Origin: Thermodesulfobacteriota bacterium
GTDB lineage: Bacteria > Desulfobacterota_D > UBA1144 > Nemesobacterales > UBA2774
Assembly (NCBI GenBank): GCA_041753155.1
Contig: JBGSVA010000004.1
Location: forward strand, 2,883-66,882
DNA length: 64,000 nucleotides
Direction: 5' to 3'
Numbering within the stretch: the first letter of the stretch is position 1; every line of letters begins with the position of its first letter. Below, piece after piece: positions 19,789 to 29,387 of this stretch. The notes beneath the pieces were generated by a model. That model was not told the origin of the DNA and did no database searches. It worked only from the letters and a program-made list of their open reading frames with translations. Both the position numbers and the translations under genes were made by a program.

Positions 19789-21477
19789 CTATTGTTCAAC
19801 ATCTTGAATCATCAAAACGTGATCTGCCGAAATGGCTATGTGTTCGGCAACTTCTTGCGCGTTTCGCGAATTATTACCCCTTGCTGCTATTCCAATCACA
19901 TTATTATGGTTGTCGAATACAGGACCGCCGCTGTTTCCCTCAATAATTTGTTCAGTTATATAGAATCGATTTATAGTCGATTTTACATTTGTTGCATAGA
20001 TATGTCCCTTTTTAATCGCAATTGTATCACCCGGCGTAAATTTAGGCCAACCAACTAAGGTGATCACCTCATCAGTGTTTGGTGCTACAAATGGTTTTCT
20101 AAGCTTTAAAGGTTTATGAGCGCTATGGTCCGCAAAAAAACTTTCGGGATCTTGTAAATCAAGTATTGCAATATCAAATGGATCACCCCTCCTTATCCTG
20201 ACCATCAATGGATATGGTTTACTCGGTTCTTTAGGATGAATCAACCAAAAGTCGTCACAATCATCTCTTATATCAGGATTAGGGTCTTTATCCAGAACGT
20301 GATCGCAGGTCACAAACCCGCCAACATCTTCAAGATAAAACGCTGTACCCATACGCATTCCTCCACCGAAGTCACGTGAGTTTTGGATAACAAATACATT
20401 CTGGTTTATGAGATCTAAAAAGCTATCTGTGGGCACGGGAAGTTTCTTTATAGACGGTTCCCTAAGATCATTATATTTTTTTGCCAAAGTAATATACGTC
20501 GAAAAACCTATTCCACGGATGGATTTAATAAATTCTAGCCTGCCACGCACAATTTTCTCAATATCAGGCGCTGTTTTAAAATCCGGTATGTAATGTGATC
20601 GGTTATTTTCAAAATGTTTCTTAGTGGCTATTTCTAACTCCTCATTTTTCCATGAATTCAACATGGCACGGGTTGTCCGAATAAATCTACGATTTACATT
20701 ACGCTTTTTGTTTGTAACTAGTCCGGTTACTTCTTGTCTACTCGAACGGGTCTGTAATCTAGTCTTACTCTCGTTAATTTTAAATCCATTCTTTTCTATT
20801 ATATGCTGTAATTCACGTCCTACTACGAGTTCCTTTCCTTCAGTACCATGAATTTTGATGTATGCGATAGCACGCGGCAATTGAGGGATATTCGTTGAAA
20901 AAGTAATATCATCCGCATATCTGGTGTAGCGACAACGAAATTTCTTGGCGAGCTTACGCAAATCACTATCCATCTTACTACACAGCATGTTAGAAACTAT
21001 TGGCGATGTAGGTGCGCCTTGAGGTAATGCATTATTATTACAGCATATTTGTGCAATTACTGTGGCTAATTTTTCAGGTAGGTTGTAGGGCTGGGCCATG
21101 AACAATCCACGAACACGGCCAAAATTAATAGTGCCGAAAAAATCAACCAAATCGATATTCAAGACATAGCGCCGAGATATATGCTGATCCGCATTTGTAA
21201 TAATGCTTTTGGATAATACAAATCCGTGTGCTGGGTTCTGTGGAACATATATATCTGCAAGTTTTTTAGCCAAATGGCGTTGGATGGTTTTTAAATGCGT
21301 TGCAGGGGATGATATTATCCTAGTTCCGCCTGAGCGTTTGGGGATTTCGAAATTCATGTATCTTCTTTCTGCTGGAACTCGGTAGATATGATAAATAAGG
21401 TGCTTTTGATATTGTATTCCTAAAAAAGATGCTAATTCACGCGGAGTTTTTATATCAGTTAATTTTTTTGTCATCAT
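19789..21477 (-). CDS. Retron reverse transcriptase fused to C-terminal trypsin-like serine protease (type XI-like retron)
   Basis: RT motifs IPKRSGGTRII, region X NADQH (NAxxH), IDLVDFFGTI, LPQGAPTSP, YTRYADDITFS, region Y QEVTGL. Protease triad VTCDHV / DIAIL / GNSGGPV. Confidence 0.92.
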   Translation of the reverse strand: MMTKKLTDIKTPRELASFLGIQYQKHLIYHIYRVPAERRYMNFEIPKRSGGTRIISSPATHLKTIQRHLAKKLADIYVPQNPAHGFVLSKSIITNADQHISRRYVLNIDLVDFFGTINFGRVRGLFMAQPYNLPEKLATVIAQICCNNNALPQGAPTSPIVSNMLCSKMDSDLRKLAKKFRCRYTRYADDITFSTNIPQLPRAIAYIKIHGTEGKELVVGRELQHIIEKNGFKINESKTRLQTRSSRQEVTGLVTNKKRNVNRRFIRTTRAMLNSWKNEELEIATKKHFENNRSHYIPDFKTAPDIEKIVRGRLEFIKSIRGIGFSTYITLAKKYNDLREPSIKKLPVPTDSFLDLINQNVFVIQNSRDFGGGMRMGTAFYLEDVGGFVTCDHVLDKDPNPDIRDDCDDFWLIHPKEPSKPYPLMVRIRRGDPFDIAILDLQDPESFFADHSAHKPLKLRKPFVAPNTDEVITLVGWPKFTPGDTIAIKKGHIYATNVKSTINRFYITEQIIEGNSGGPVFDNHNNVIGIAARGNNSRNAQEVAEHIAISADHVLMIQDVEQ

Positions 21478-21482
21478 TAAAG

Positions 21483-21635
21483 TGCCAGACAGGAAAAATT
21501 CTTACCTATCACGAAAACAACAATGTGACCTAGATAAGCGATCAAAGTTGAGAGGCCACTCATCGCGTAAAGTTAACTTTCTCATCGTGCGAAGCAGGAT
21601 CAACCTCGCTAGAGCAATTTTGATCCTGTCTGGCA
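21483..21635 (-). ncRNA. Putative retron msr-msd non-coding RNA
   Basis: Perfect 12-bp inverted repeat TGCCAGACAGGA (21483..21494) / TCCTGTCTGGCA (21624..21635) enclosing hairpins at 21595..21628 and 21501..21538, directly upstream of the retron RT. Confidence 0.8.
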
Positions 21636-21643
21636 TACCATTT

Positions 21644-21671
21644 TTCAAATCTACTATCGATTATATTTGAA
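21644..21671 (-). promoter_or_regulatory. Candidate -10 box for the retron transcript, inside an inverted repeat
   Basis: TATAAT on the minus strand (21660..21665) flanked by TTCAAAT/ATTTGAA; no convincing -35. Confidence 0.4.
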
Positions 21672-21899
21672 GAACCCAAATACTCCGGTCATACATATTT
21701 TCTCCCTTTCATTGCTGAACATCTACAAACATAATTGATCTAATTAGGTTCAATTTTGTTTAATATTTTACTTGAAGACATCAAAAAGAAAAAGTTGTTA
21801 TCGGTTAAGCGATGTAGTTGAAAATAGGCTTTTTCAAGAGGAAAGTGTTACGCATAACGACAGATTAAAACTATAAGAAGAGCTAAAATTCAATGATTC

Positions 21900-21976
21900 T
21901 GGTCGGGGTGAGAGGGATCGAACCTCCGACCTCGGCGTCCCAAGCGCCGCGCGCTACCAGACTGCGCTACACCCCG
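21900..21976 (-). tRNA. tRNA-Pro(TGG)
   Basis: 77-nt cloverleaf CGGGGTGTAGCGCAGTCTGGTAGCGCGCGGCG-CTTGGGA-CGCCGAGGTCGGAGGTTCGATCCCTCTCACCCCGACCA with encoded CCA. Confidence 0.97.
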
Positions 21977-21990
21977 ACAGAGGAAAAATG

Positions 21991-22018
21991 ATTATACCCA
22001 TGCCGGTGAAAACAACAA
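21991..22018 (-). promoter_or_regulatory. sigma70-type promoter of tRNA-Pro
   Basis: Minus strand TTGTTG-N16-TATAAT. Confidence 0.55.
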
Positions 22019-22097
22019 GCCGCAAAACGGACGCCATCATAAGGCCCTGAAGGCTATTCTTATAGGCGGAGTAAGAGTCCCTCCGTCAGGACACCCG

Positions 22098-22400
22098 CTA
22101 CCCCAGATACTTGTCGTAAACGTCCTTCGCCCAGAATATCTCCGTCCCCGATGAGAGAAGGGCCGTCTCCATTATTGCCTCGCTTATCTCCTGCTTGCTG
22201 ATGCCGAGCGCGAGCGCCTTCTTTATCCTGGACTCCGTGCAGTGAGGGCACCTCCCGTGCACAGCCACCGACACCGCTATCAGCGCCTTGGTCTTCTTGT
22301 CGAGCACGGTCTCCCCTTCGACCGCGTTATAGAAGCTCCACCAGCCTTCGGCCATCTTGGGGGCGTTCTTCTCGAACCATATCTTGTTGTCGTCAGCCAT
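22098..22400 (-). CDS. Carboxymuconolactone decarboxylase / AhpD family protein
   Basis: LDKKTKALIAVSVA...CPHC...ALALGISKQEISEA; GGAGG RBS. Confidence 0.85.
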   Translation of the reverse strand: MADDNKIWFEKNAPKMAEGWWSFYNAVEGETVLDKKTKALIAVSVAVHGRCPHCTESRIKKALALGISKQEISEAIMETALLSSGTEIFWAKDVYDKYLG

Positions 22401-22473
22401 TTCGCATGTCCTCCTTCGTGATATTCGGCATTCATTCTACAAAGCTCACCCGGGGAGGGCGGGGAATACGCAT

Positions 22474-23016
22474 TTACTTCATATTCTTCATATGCTCTAT
22501 ATACCTCTCCCTGCCGGAGCCGACCTTGTAGTGTGAGTAACCGATGGGATTTTTCTCATAATATTTTTGATGGTACTCCTCGGCGGGATAGAATTCCATT
22601 GCGGGCCTTATTTCCGTCACTATAGGGGCCTTATACCTCCCCGACTCCCCGAGCTTCCTCTTCGACTCCTCGGCTATTTTTTTCTGCTCCTCGTTATGAT
22701 AAAAGATAGCGGTCTTATAGTGCCTGCCCCTGTCGACGAACTGCCCGCCGTCGTCCGTAGGGTCGACGTTCAGCCAGAACACGTCGAGGAGGCTCTCGTA
22801 CGAGACCCGCTCCGGGTCGTACACGACCTCTATCGATTCCAGGTGTTCCGTCATGCCGTAGCAAACCTCGTGGTAGTTCGGGTTTTTCTCCTTTCCGCCG
22901 GTATATCCGACCGTAGTGGATATAACACCCTCAAAATTGTCGAAAGGCGGCTGCATGCACCAGAAGCAGCCCCCCGAAAAGGTGGCCTTCTCATATTTCT
23001 TATCGGTCATTTCCAT
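22474..23016 (-). CDS. msrA: Peptide-methionine (S)-S-oxide reductase
   Basis: GGCFWC, GYTGG, DPTD..GQF.D.G..Y, FYPAEEYHQKY. Confidence 0.95.
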   Translation of the reverse strand: MEMTDKKYEKATFSGGCFWCMQPPFDNFEGVISTTVGYTGGKEKNPNYHEVCYGMTEHLESIEVVYDPERVSYESLLDVFWLNVDPTDDGGQFVDRGRHYKTAIFYHNEEQKKIAEESKRKLGESGRYKAPIVTEIRPAMEFYPAEEYHQKYYEKNPIGYSHYKVGSGRERYIEHMKNMK

Positions 23017-23278
23017 AGTATTCGTCTCCGTAGTATTTGTCTCCGTGAGAAACTGACGGTCTTTATGTAAAAAAGTATACGTTGTATGAAGCGGGTAAAA
23101 AAGCCGTGCCCGGCATTTACTTATACGCTGAGACCGGAGGAAGGGATTCAGGATATTTTTGATATAGGGAATAAATAAGGGCCGGGGCAGGAGACGTCCG
23201 GGCTTACATGGGACTTTCCCGCATGTTGAGGTCTTTTATCAGCAGATAAACAAACCGAGTATCTTCCTCACGGTCTCC

Positions 23279-26200
23279 TTATCCCGCCCCTGACCTGTCC
23301 TCGTACTCGGGACGTTCGGGCTTTTGGGGAGGATTCTTTTTTAGCAGGTCCGTGATTATCTCTATTGCCTTGTCGAGCTGGGGGTCAGCCGAACCCTTGA
23401 TATTAGGCGGCAGGTCCTCGATCTTGTAATCCGGGTCGACTCCGTAACCCTCGACCTCCCACTTCCCGTGGGAGTTCCAGAAGGCATATCCCGGCGCCGT
23501 AATGTACCCGCCGTCTATGAGACCCGGGTTCCCGCTTATGCCTATCAGCCCGCCGAGCGTCCTGGTCCCGACGAGCGGACCGAGCCCGGCCTTTCTGAAG
23601 TAATAGGGGAAGGCGTCCCCTCCAGAGCCCGACCATCCGTTTATCATCATAACCTTGGGCCCGCTATTCGTGACTGTCGGGGTCTTCGAATCCTTAAAAT
23701 CGCGCACCGCCCAGTAATTGAGAAGAGGCCTGTTGAGAAGCTCTATGAAGCGGTCGGGCACCTGCCCCCCGCCGTTGAACCGCTCGTCTATAATCATTCC
23801 CTCCTTCTCCGTCTGAGGGGTGAACTGTCGGACGAGCTCGTTCTGGCCGAAAAAACCGGTGTCCGGGACGTAGACATATCCCACCTTCCCCCCCGTGGCG
23901 TTATCCACCTTCTTCTTATTCTCCGCGATGCGGTCGAGGTATCGGAGCTTTTGCTCCTCGGTTTTCGATATGACCTTTACAGTAACCTCCCGCGCGTTTT
24001 TCATATCGGGTGCGGAGTTAACGGTAAGGGTCACGGGGCCCCCGTTAAGTCCCTGAAACGCCTCCCAGGGGTCCTTCGCGGGATCGAGGGCTTTGCCGTT
24101 CACGGCGAGAATATAGTCCCCTTCCCCGGCCTTAACTCCGGGCTCCGCGAGAGGGGAATATATATCGGCGTTCAATTCCCCGCCGCTGTAAATCTTCTTT
24201 ATACGGTACGCCTTATTCTTTTTGTCGAGCTCGAAATCTATCCCCAGGAGACCTACCGGCACAGTCTCTGGTTCATCCATGTCGCCGCCGCCCACGTAAG
24301 TATGAGAGGAGTTGAGCTCGCCCACCATCTCGCTTATCACGTAATTCAAGTCTTCCCTGTCTACGACGAACGGCAGGAGCATCCTGTACCTTTCCTTTAC
24401 CGCCTGCCAGTCAACCCCGTGCATACCGGGGTCGTAGAAAAAGTCCCTCTCTATCCTCCAGGCGTCGTTGAATATCTGAGCCCATTCCTTCCTCGGGTCG
24501 ATAAAGGCCTTCATTCCACCCGTATCGATCTTCCCGTCGCCGGGATTTTTCCCCTCCGCGACGTCGATTATGCCGTAGGTATCGCCCGACCTGTAGAGCG
24601 CTTTCGCGCCGTTCGATGAGAGGGCGTAATCGTTTATACGGGGCATCACGGTCTTTTCCTTCCTGTCCCCAAGGTCGAAGAACTGGAGTGTGCCGTTAGG
24701 CGGGTCCTGCGAGCTGCCCGCGGGAGGGAACCTCAGATAGACGATCCTGCCTTTCGCGGCATTGAGGGGCCCGAAGTTCCCCGCGTCGACCGGTATCTTA
24801 ACCGCTCTCCCCTCTACGCCGTCGAAGTCGATAAGGACAGCGCCGTCCTTGCCCGCGTCCTCCTTTTGCGCGTCCTTAGCCGGGGAGTATTCCTCGTCGC
24901 TCCGGGGAACGAGAGGGGATGCCGCGTCTTTTCTCAGGGTGAGGGCATAGACCTGGGTCGAGTTCGGATATACCCACGTATCGTCCATGTCGCCGTAAAC
25001 GGGTGAGAAGCTGCGGTCGGAATAGAAATAGAGGTATTTCCCCTCGGGGTCGAACACAGGGCCGTTGTCGTTATAAAAATCGGTCGTGACCCTGCGGGTG
25101 ACGCCGCCCTTCGTATCGTATATAAATATGGATTTCAGATTATTCGGGGTGTTCTTCGAGTATGCAAGCCACCTGCTGTCGGGCGACCACGAATATGTGC
25201 CGATGTTCTCGAATTCGTCCTTATCCACTTCCTTGGGAAGTTTCTCGCTCGTATCCACGATAAAAAGCCTTCCGGTCTTGTCGCTGAACGCGAGCTTTTT
25301 GCTGTCGGGGGACCAGACGGGGTGATATCGGTAGACTTTTCCGTCCTTCGTTATCCTCTCCTCCTGTCCCAGGCCGTTACTGAGTCTCATGTAAAGCTCG
25401 TACTCGCCCGACCTGTCGGAGAGATATGCGACGTATTTTCCGTCGGGAGACCACGCGGGGAAACGCTCCGCTACTCCGGATGTATTCGTAAGGTTGCGGA
25501 CGCTCCCCTCACCCGCCGGGACTGTCAGCACCTCGCCGCGGGTCTCGAAAAGGGCCCTCTTCCCGTTAGGGGAAATAGACATATCCGAGATATTGCCCGA
25601 GAGGTCCTTTTGCCGCGGACGCACCTCGGGCAGGTCGTAGGGGACCTCGACCGAAACCTCGCTCACAGTCTCGCCCGAGAGGCTCAGCAGGTAAAGCCTG
25701 CCGCCGTTCTCGAAGACTATGTCTTCCGGACCGAGGCTCGGCCACTTCACGTCGAATTCGGTAAAATCCGTGACCTGTCTCGTCTCCTTCGTCCCGGTCT
25801 CGTAAACCCACAGGTTCAGCTTCTTCTCCTCTCCTCTATCGGAGAGGAAATAAATCCTGTCCCCGTGCCACATCGGGAGCGTGTCGGTGCCGGGGAAATC
25901 GGTCAGCTTATCGAGCGCGCCGGTCGTGAAATCGTATATCCATATGTCGCTCGCCATGCCGCCCCTGTACCTTTTCCATACGCCCCTCATGGGTGACATG
26001 TATTCGAATGCCAGCTTCTTACCGTCCGGGCTGAAGCTCCCGAGCTCGCCGTAGGGGAGCGGCAGGGCATCGGGCATGCCGCCCTTTTTCGACACCTTGA
26101 AGAGCCTGTTGTAGCGCTGTGTCGGGCTCAGCATGTTCGAGCGGAAGAGTATGTGTTCACCGTCCGGGTACCACTCCGCGACGAGGTCGTCGTCCGGGTG

Positions 26201-26554
26201 GTGGGTGAGCCTCTTAGGGACGCCGCCCCCGGCCGGGATGACGTATATGTCGGTATTGCCGTCGTAGTTGCCGCTGAATGCGATCCCTGTCCCGTCGGGA
26301 GAGAATTTCGGGAATAGCTCCCCGCCCCTGGGCGAGCTCAGTCTGCTCGCGACACCGCCTGATTTCGGGACGACCCATATGTCCCCTGCGTAGACGAAGA
26401 CTATCCTGTCAGCGCTCACATCGGGAAAGCGCAGCATGAGCGCGTCGGGCGTTGTATCCTTCCCCTTCCCCTTCCCCGCCCCCTCGCCTGCGGGCTCGGC
26501 CGAGGCGGACATGATCCCTAATAATAAGCACAACAGCAGTGCCGGCAAAATCAT
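23279..26554 (-). CDS. Tricorn-like S41 protease (beta-propellers, PDZ, catalytic domain)
   Basis: Repeated WSPD propeller motifs, GELNSSHTY, DERFNGGG, SGSGGD, GTRTLGGLIG, GVDPD. Start placed at the signal-peptide ATG (ORF track extends to 26644). Confidence 0.9.
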   Translation of the reverse strand: MILPALLLCLLLGIMSASAEPAGEGAGKGKGKDTTPDALMLRFPDVSADRIVFVYAGDIWVVPKSGGVASRLSSPRGGELFPKFSPDGTGIAFSGNYDGNTDIYVIPAGGGVPKRLTHHPDDDLVAEWYPDGEHILFRSNMLSPTQRYNRLFKVSKKGGMPDALPLPYGELGSFSPDGKKLAFEYMSPMRGVWKRYRGGMASDIWIYDFTTGALDKLTDFPGTDTLPMWHGDRIYFLSDRGEEKKLNLWVYETGTKETRQVTDFTEFDVKWPSLGPEDIVFENGGRLYLLSLSGETVSEVSVEVPYDLPEVRPRQKDLSGNISDMSISPNGKRALFETRGEVLTVPAGEGSVRNLTNTSGVAERFPAWSPDGKYVAYLSDRSGEYELYMRLSNGLGQEERITKDGKVYRYHPVWSPDSKKLAFSDKTGRLFIVDTSEKLPKEVDKDEFENIGTYSWSPDSRWLAYSKNTPNNLKSIFIYDTKGGVTRRVTTDFYNDNGPVFDPEGKYLYFYSDRSFSPVYGDMDDTWVYPNSTQVYALTLRKDAASPLVPRSDEEYSPAKDAQKEDAGKDGAVLIDFDGVEGRAVKIPVDAGNFGPLNAAKGRIVYLRFPPAGSSQDPPNGTLQFFDLGDRKEKTVMPRINDYALSSNGAKALYRSGDTYGIIDVAEGKNPGDGKIDTGGMKAFIDPRKEWAQIFNDAWRIERDFFYDPGMHGVDWQAVKERYRMLLPFVVDREDLNYVISEMVGELNSSHTYVGGGDMDEPETVPVGLLGIDFELDKKNKAYRIKKIYSGGELNADIYSPLAEPGVKAGEGDYILAVNGKALDPAKDPWEAFQGLNGGPVTLTVNSAPDMKNAREVTVKVISKTEEQKLRYLDRIAENKKKVDNATGGKVGYVYVPDTGFFGQNELVRQFTPQTEKEGMIIDERFNGGGQVPDRFIELLNRPLLNYWAVRDFKDSKTPTVTNSGPKVMMINGWSGSGGDAFPYYFRKAGLGPLVGTRTLGGLIGISGNPGLIDGGYITAPGYAFWNSHGKWEVEGYGVDPDYKIEDLPPNIKGSADPQLDKAIEIITDLLKKNPPQKPERPEYEDRSGAG

Positions 26555-26817
26555 TTTCACTTGATAGCCTCGCGGAGAGGCCGAACATGCACTAAGCAGT
26601 TTTTGCGCCAATGGACTCCCGCCGATATATAAATATATTCTCAAAATATAAACTCAATATCATTAAAATATACCTCAGGAAACCGGACGCCCCGGTTCCG
26701 AAGCTATAAAGGATACGGACTCAGCCCGTAGTTTGAAAGCATATTTCCTGGAAAATGTATTCTTGGATGAAGGAGGATTCAACTAATAATGGGGGCGGTT
26801 ACGCCCATGAAACGGCT

Positions 26818-27936
26818 TTAGTCCTTCCTGCCAATCTCAGAATAGTCCGATTCGAGACTGTCCGCCCGCCTCCGTCTCTCGATCGCGAGCTCGATGAGCC
26901 TGTTCACGAGCTCGGGAAAGCTCACACCGCTCGCCCCCCATAGGCGCGGGTACATGCTGATCTGGGTGAACCCCGGAATCGTGTTTATTTCGCTCACGAA
27001 TATTTCGTTCGTTCCGTCTTCGAGGAGGAAATCCACCCTTCCCATACCGCTGCAGTCAAGCGCCCTGAACGTGCGCACCGCGTAGTCCCTGAGCCTCTCC
27101 GCGGTCTCCCGGTCGAGCTCGGCGGGGGCGATGAGCCCGGTCCCCTCCTCGAGATATTTTGCGGTGTAGTCGTAGAACTCCCTGTGGGGTACGACCTCGC
27201 CGGGGCAGGAAGCTTGCGGGTCGTCGTTCCCGAGCACGCTCACCTCTATCTCCCTCGGTTTTTTCACAGCGCGCTCGACGATGACCCTCTCCGAGAACCG
27301 GCACGAATAATCGACCGCGCCCGGAAGCTCGTCCCCTGACTTGACCTTCGTTATGCCCACGCTCGAACCGAGGTTGGCCGACTTGACGAAACATGGGAGC
27401 CCGATCTCTTTAAGTATCCTCGCCCTGAGCTGCTTCTTCCCGGATTCCCAGTCGTGTTTATAAAAACCCAGATACTCCGGAACGGGAAGCCCCGAGTCTT
27501 TAAGCAGGGTCTTCATCACTATCTTGTCCATACCCACTGAGGAGCCCAGCACCGATGCGCCTACATATGGAATCCCCATAAGCTCGAACATGCCCTGCAC
27601 CGTACCGTCCTCCCCGTAAGTGCCGTGGAGGACAGGGAAGATTACGTCGACCTTGTGCTCGTTAACTAGCTCCCGCCCTGAGATCTCGTAGAACGCCGGG
27701 CTTGCCGGATTTAAAGAGGGGGTGAGGAAAGAGTCGCCCGAGAACTCGAGCCCGCCCTCTTCGAGCCACGAAGACACGGACGCCCTCCGCCACATCCCGC
27801 TCTTTTCTATAAATATAGGGAATATCGCATATTTTCCGGGATCGATGTTCCTGATTATTGACCTTGCAGAAAGGAGCGACACCTCATGCTCCACAGACCT
27901 CCCGCCGAATATCACTCCCACAATTATTTTTGACAA
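26818..27936 (-). CDS. ddl: D-alanine--D-alanine ligase
   Basis: FGGRSVEHEVS, LHGTYGEDG, GSSVGI, EINTIPGFT. Confidence 0.95.
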   Translation of the reverse strand: MSKIIVGVIFGGRSVEHEVSLLSARSIIRNIDPGKYAIFPIFIEKSGMWRRASVSSWLEEGGLEFSGDSFLTPSLNPASPAFYEISGRELVNEHKVDVIFPVLHGTYGEDGTVQGMFELMGIPYVGASVLGSSVGMDKIVMKTLLKDSGLPVPEYLGFYKHDWESGKKQLRARILKEIGLPCFVKSANLGSSVGITKVKSGDELPGAVDYSCRFSERVIVERAVKKPREIEVSVLGNDDPQASCPGEVVPHREFYDYTAKYLEEGTGLIAPAELDRETAERLRDYAVRTFRALDCSGMGRVDFLLEDGTNEIFVSEINTIPGFTQISMYPRLWGASGVSFPELVNRLIELAIERRRRADSLESDYSEIGRKD

Positions 27937-28104
27937 GTATGCTATACTCCTGGATATATAGATTATCAGCTAAAATTTACTAACGGGTTACCCAAACCCC
28001 GTATCATTGTCAAGACCGGGTCCCGCTTGCTTGCAAATAAAAAGTCTTAATGTAAAATCCAGTCACGGCATTGGAAGGGAATAAAAATCAAGGAGGCTAG
28101 AAAT

Positions 28105-29301
28105 ATGCAGAAAGTCGTAATTAGCGAACCGCTAAGAACTGCTATTGGGGCTTTTGGCGGCACATTGAAAGAAATAAGTCCGGCAAAGATGGGAGCTACG
28201 GTAGTAAAGGAAATTCTCGACCGTACAGGTATCGATCCGAAAGAAATAGACGACTGCATAATGGGGAACATCCTGAGCGCGGGCCAGGGAATGAATATAT
28301 CGAGACAGATCGCAATAGAGGCGGGACTCCCCGTAGAAACCCCGGCATTCACCATAAACAGGGTGTGCGGGTCAGGCGTCCAGTCAATTGCGCTGGCCGC
28401 ACAGGCTATCAAGGCAGGGGACGCCGAGGCGATAATCGCAGGCGGCTCGGAGAACATGAACCTCGCCCCCTTCTATCTGCAGAAAGCCCGTTACGGGTAC
28501 AGGATGGGCATGCCTAAAGACGAAATCGTAGACGGCATGGTGTACGACGGCCTCTGGGACATATTCAACGATTACCACATGGGCGTAACCGCGGAGAACC
28601 TCGCGGAATCCTACAACATTACAAAAGACGAGCAGGACGCATTCGCATACAAGAGCCAGATGAAGTGCAAGGCCGCTCAGGATGAGGGGAAGTTCAAGGA
28701 CGAGATCGTTCCGATCATGATCCCTCAGAGGAGAGGCGACCCCATCGCTTTCGAAAGGGACGAGCACCCGAAGGGCGATACGACCCTTGAGACGCTAAAG
28801 GGTCTCCGCGCGGTGTTCAAAGTGGGCGGGACCGTGTCCGCGGGTAACGCGTCCGGCATCAACGACGGCGCTGCGGCCGTACTGGTCACGTCCGAAAAGA
28901 AGGCGAAAGACCTGGGACTCAAGCCCGTGGCATCCATCATTGCCTATGCCGTGGGCGGAGTAGACCCTTCGATCATGGGCATCGGCCCGGTTCCCGCGAT
29001 TCAGAAAGCGCTCGACAAGGCCAAGCTATCGCTCGACGACATCGACCTTTTCGAGCTTAACGAAGCCTTCGCTGCGCAGTCCTTAGCGGTGCTGAGAGAC
29101 CTCCCGATACCCGAAGAGAAGATCAACGTGAACGGCGGCGCGATAGCGCTCGGCCACCCGATCGGCGCTTCAGGTACGAGAATCCTCGTCACGCTCTTAC
29201 ACGAGCTCGGAAAGAGGAAGAAGGCGAAGCGCGGTCTCGCCGCCCTCTGCATCGGAGGCGGTATGGGTATCGCGATCATAGTTGAAAAGGAAAAGAGTTA
29301 A
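28105..29301 (+). CDS. Acetyl-CoA C-acetyltransferase (thiolase)
   Basis: INRVCGSG, NEAFA, GHPIGASG, LCIGGGMG. Confidence 0.95.
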   Translation: MQKVVISEPLRTAIGAFGGTLKEISPAKMGATVVKEILDRTGIDPKEIDDCIMGNILSAGQGMNISRQIAIEAGLPVETPAFTINRVCGSGVQSIALAAQAIKAGDAEAIIAGGSENMNLAPFYLQKARYGYRMGMPKDEIVDGMVYDGLWDIFNDYHMGVTAENLAESYNITKDEQDAFAYKSQMKCKAAQDEGKFKDEIVPIMIPQRRGDPIAFERDEHPKGDTTLETLKGLRAVFKVGGTVSAGNASGINDGAAAVLVTSEKKAKDLGLKPVASIIAYAVGGVDPSIMGIGPVPAIQKALDKAKLSLDDIDLFELNEAFAAQSLAVLRDLPIPEEKINVNGGAIALGHPIGASGTRILVTLLHELGKRKKAKRGLAALCIGGGMGIAIIVEKEKS

Positions 29302-29318
29302 CTCAAGACAATCAACCG

Positions 29319-29344
29319 GGGGAGGGTAAACGCCCTCCCCTTTT
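29319..29344 (+). terminator. Intrinsic terminator after the thiolase gene
   Basis: GGGGAGGG-TAAACG-CCCTCCCC followed by TTTT. Confidence 0.75.
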
Positions 29345-29387
29345 ACCTTCCCCTTCATACTGTAACCAGTTCAGCGTTTTTTTAATC

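Larger units (their letters stand above)
19697..21944. mobile_element. tRNA-Pro-integrated genomic islet carrying a retron, no integrase gene
   Basis: 45-bp perfect direct repeats 2203 bp apart; interior visibly AT-rich compared with flanking genes; one large ORF only. Confidence 0.88.

Noticed and set aside
19789-21477. RT as a group II intron, DGR or CRISPR-associated RT
   Set aside because: No maturase or endonuclease domain, no TR/VR repeat pair, no cas1 or array. NAxxH and VTG motifs and the upstream inverted repeats point to a retron.
21482-21670. 62-aa + strand ORF as a retron accessory protein
   Set aside because: Antisense to the predicted ncRNA, GTG start with no RBS, no recognisable motif.
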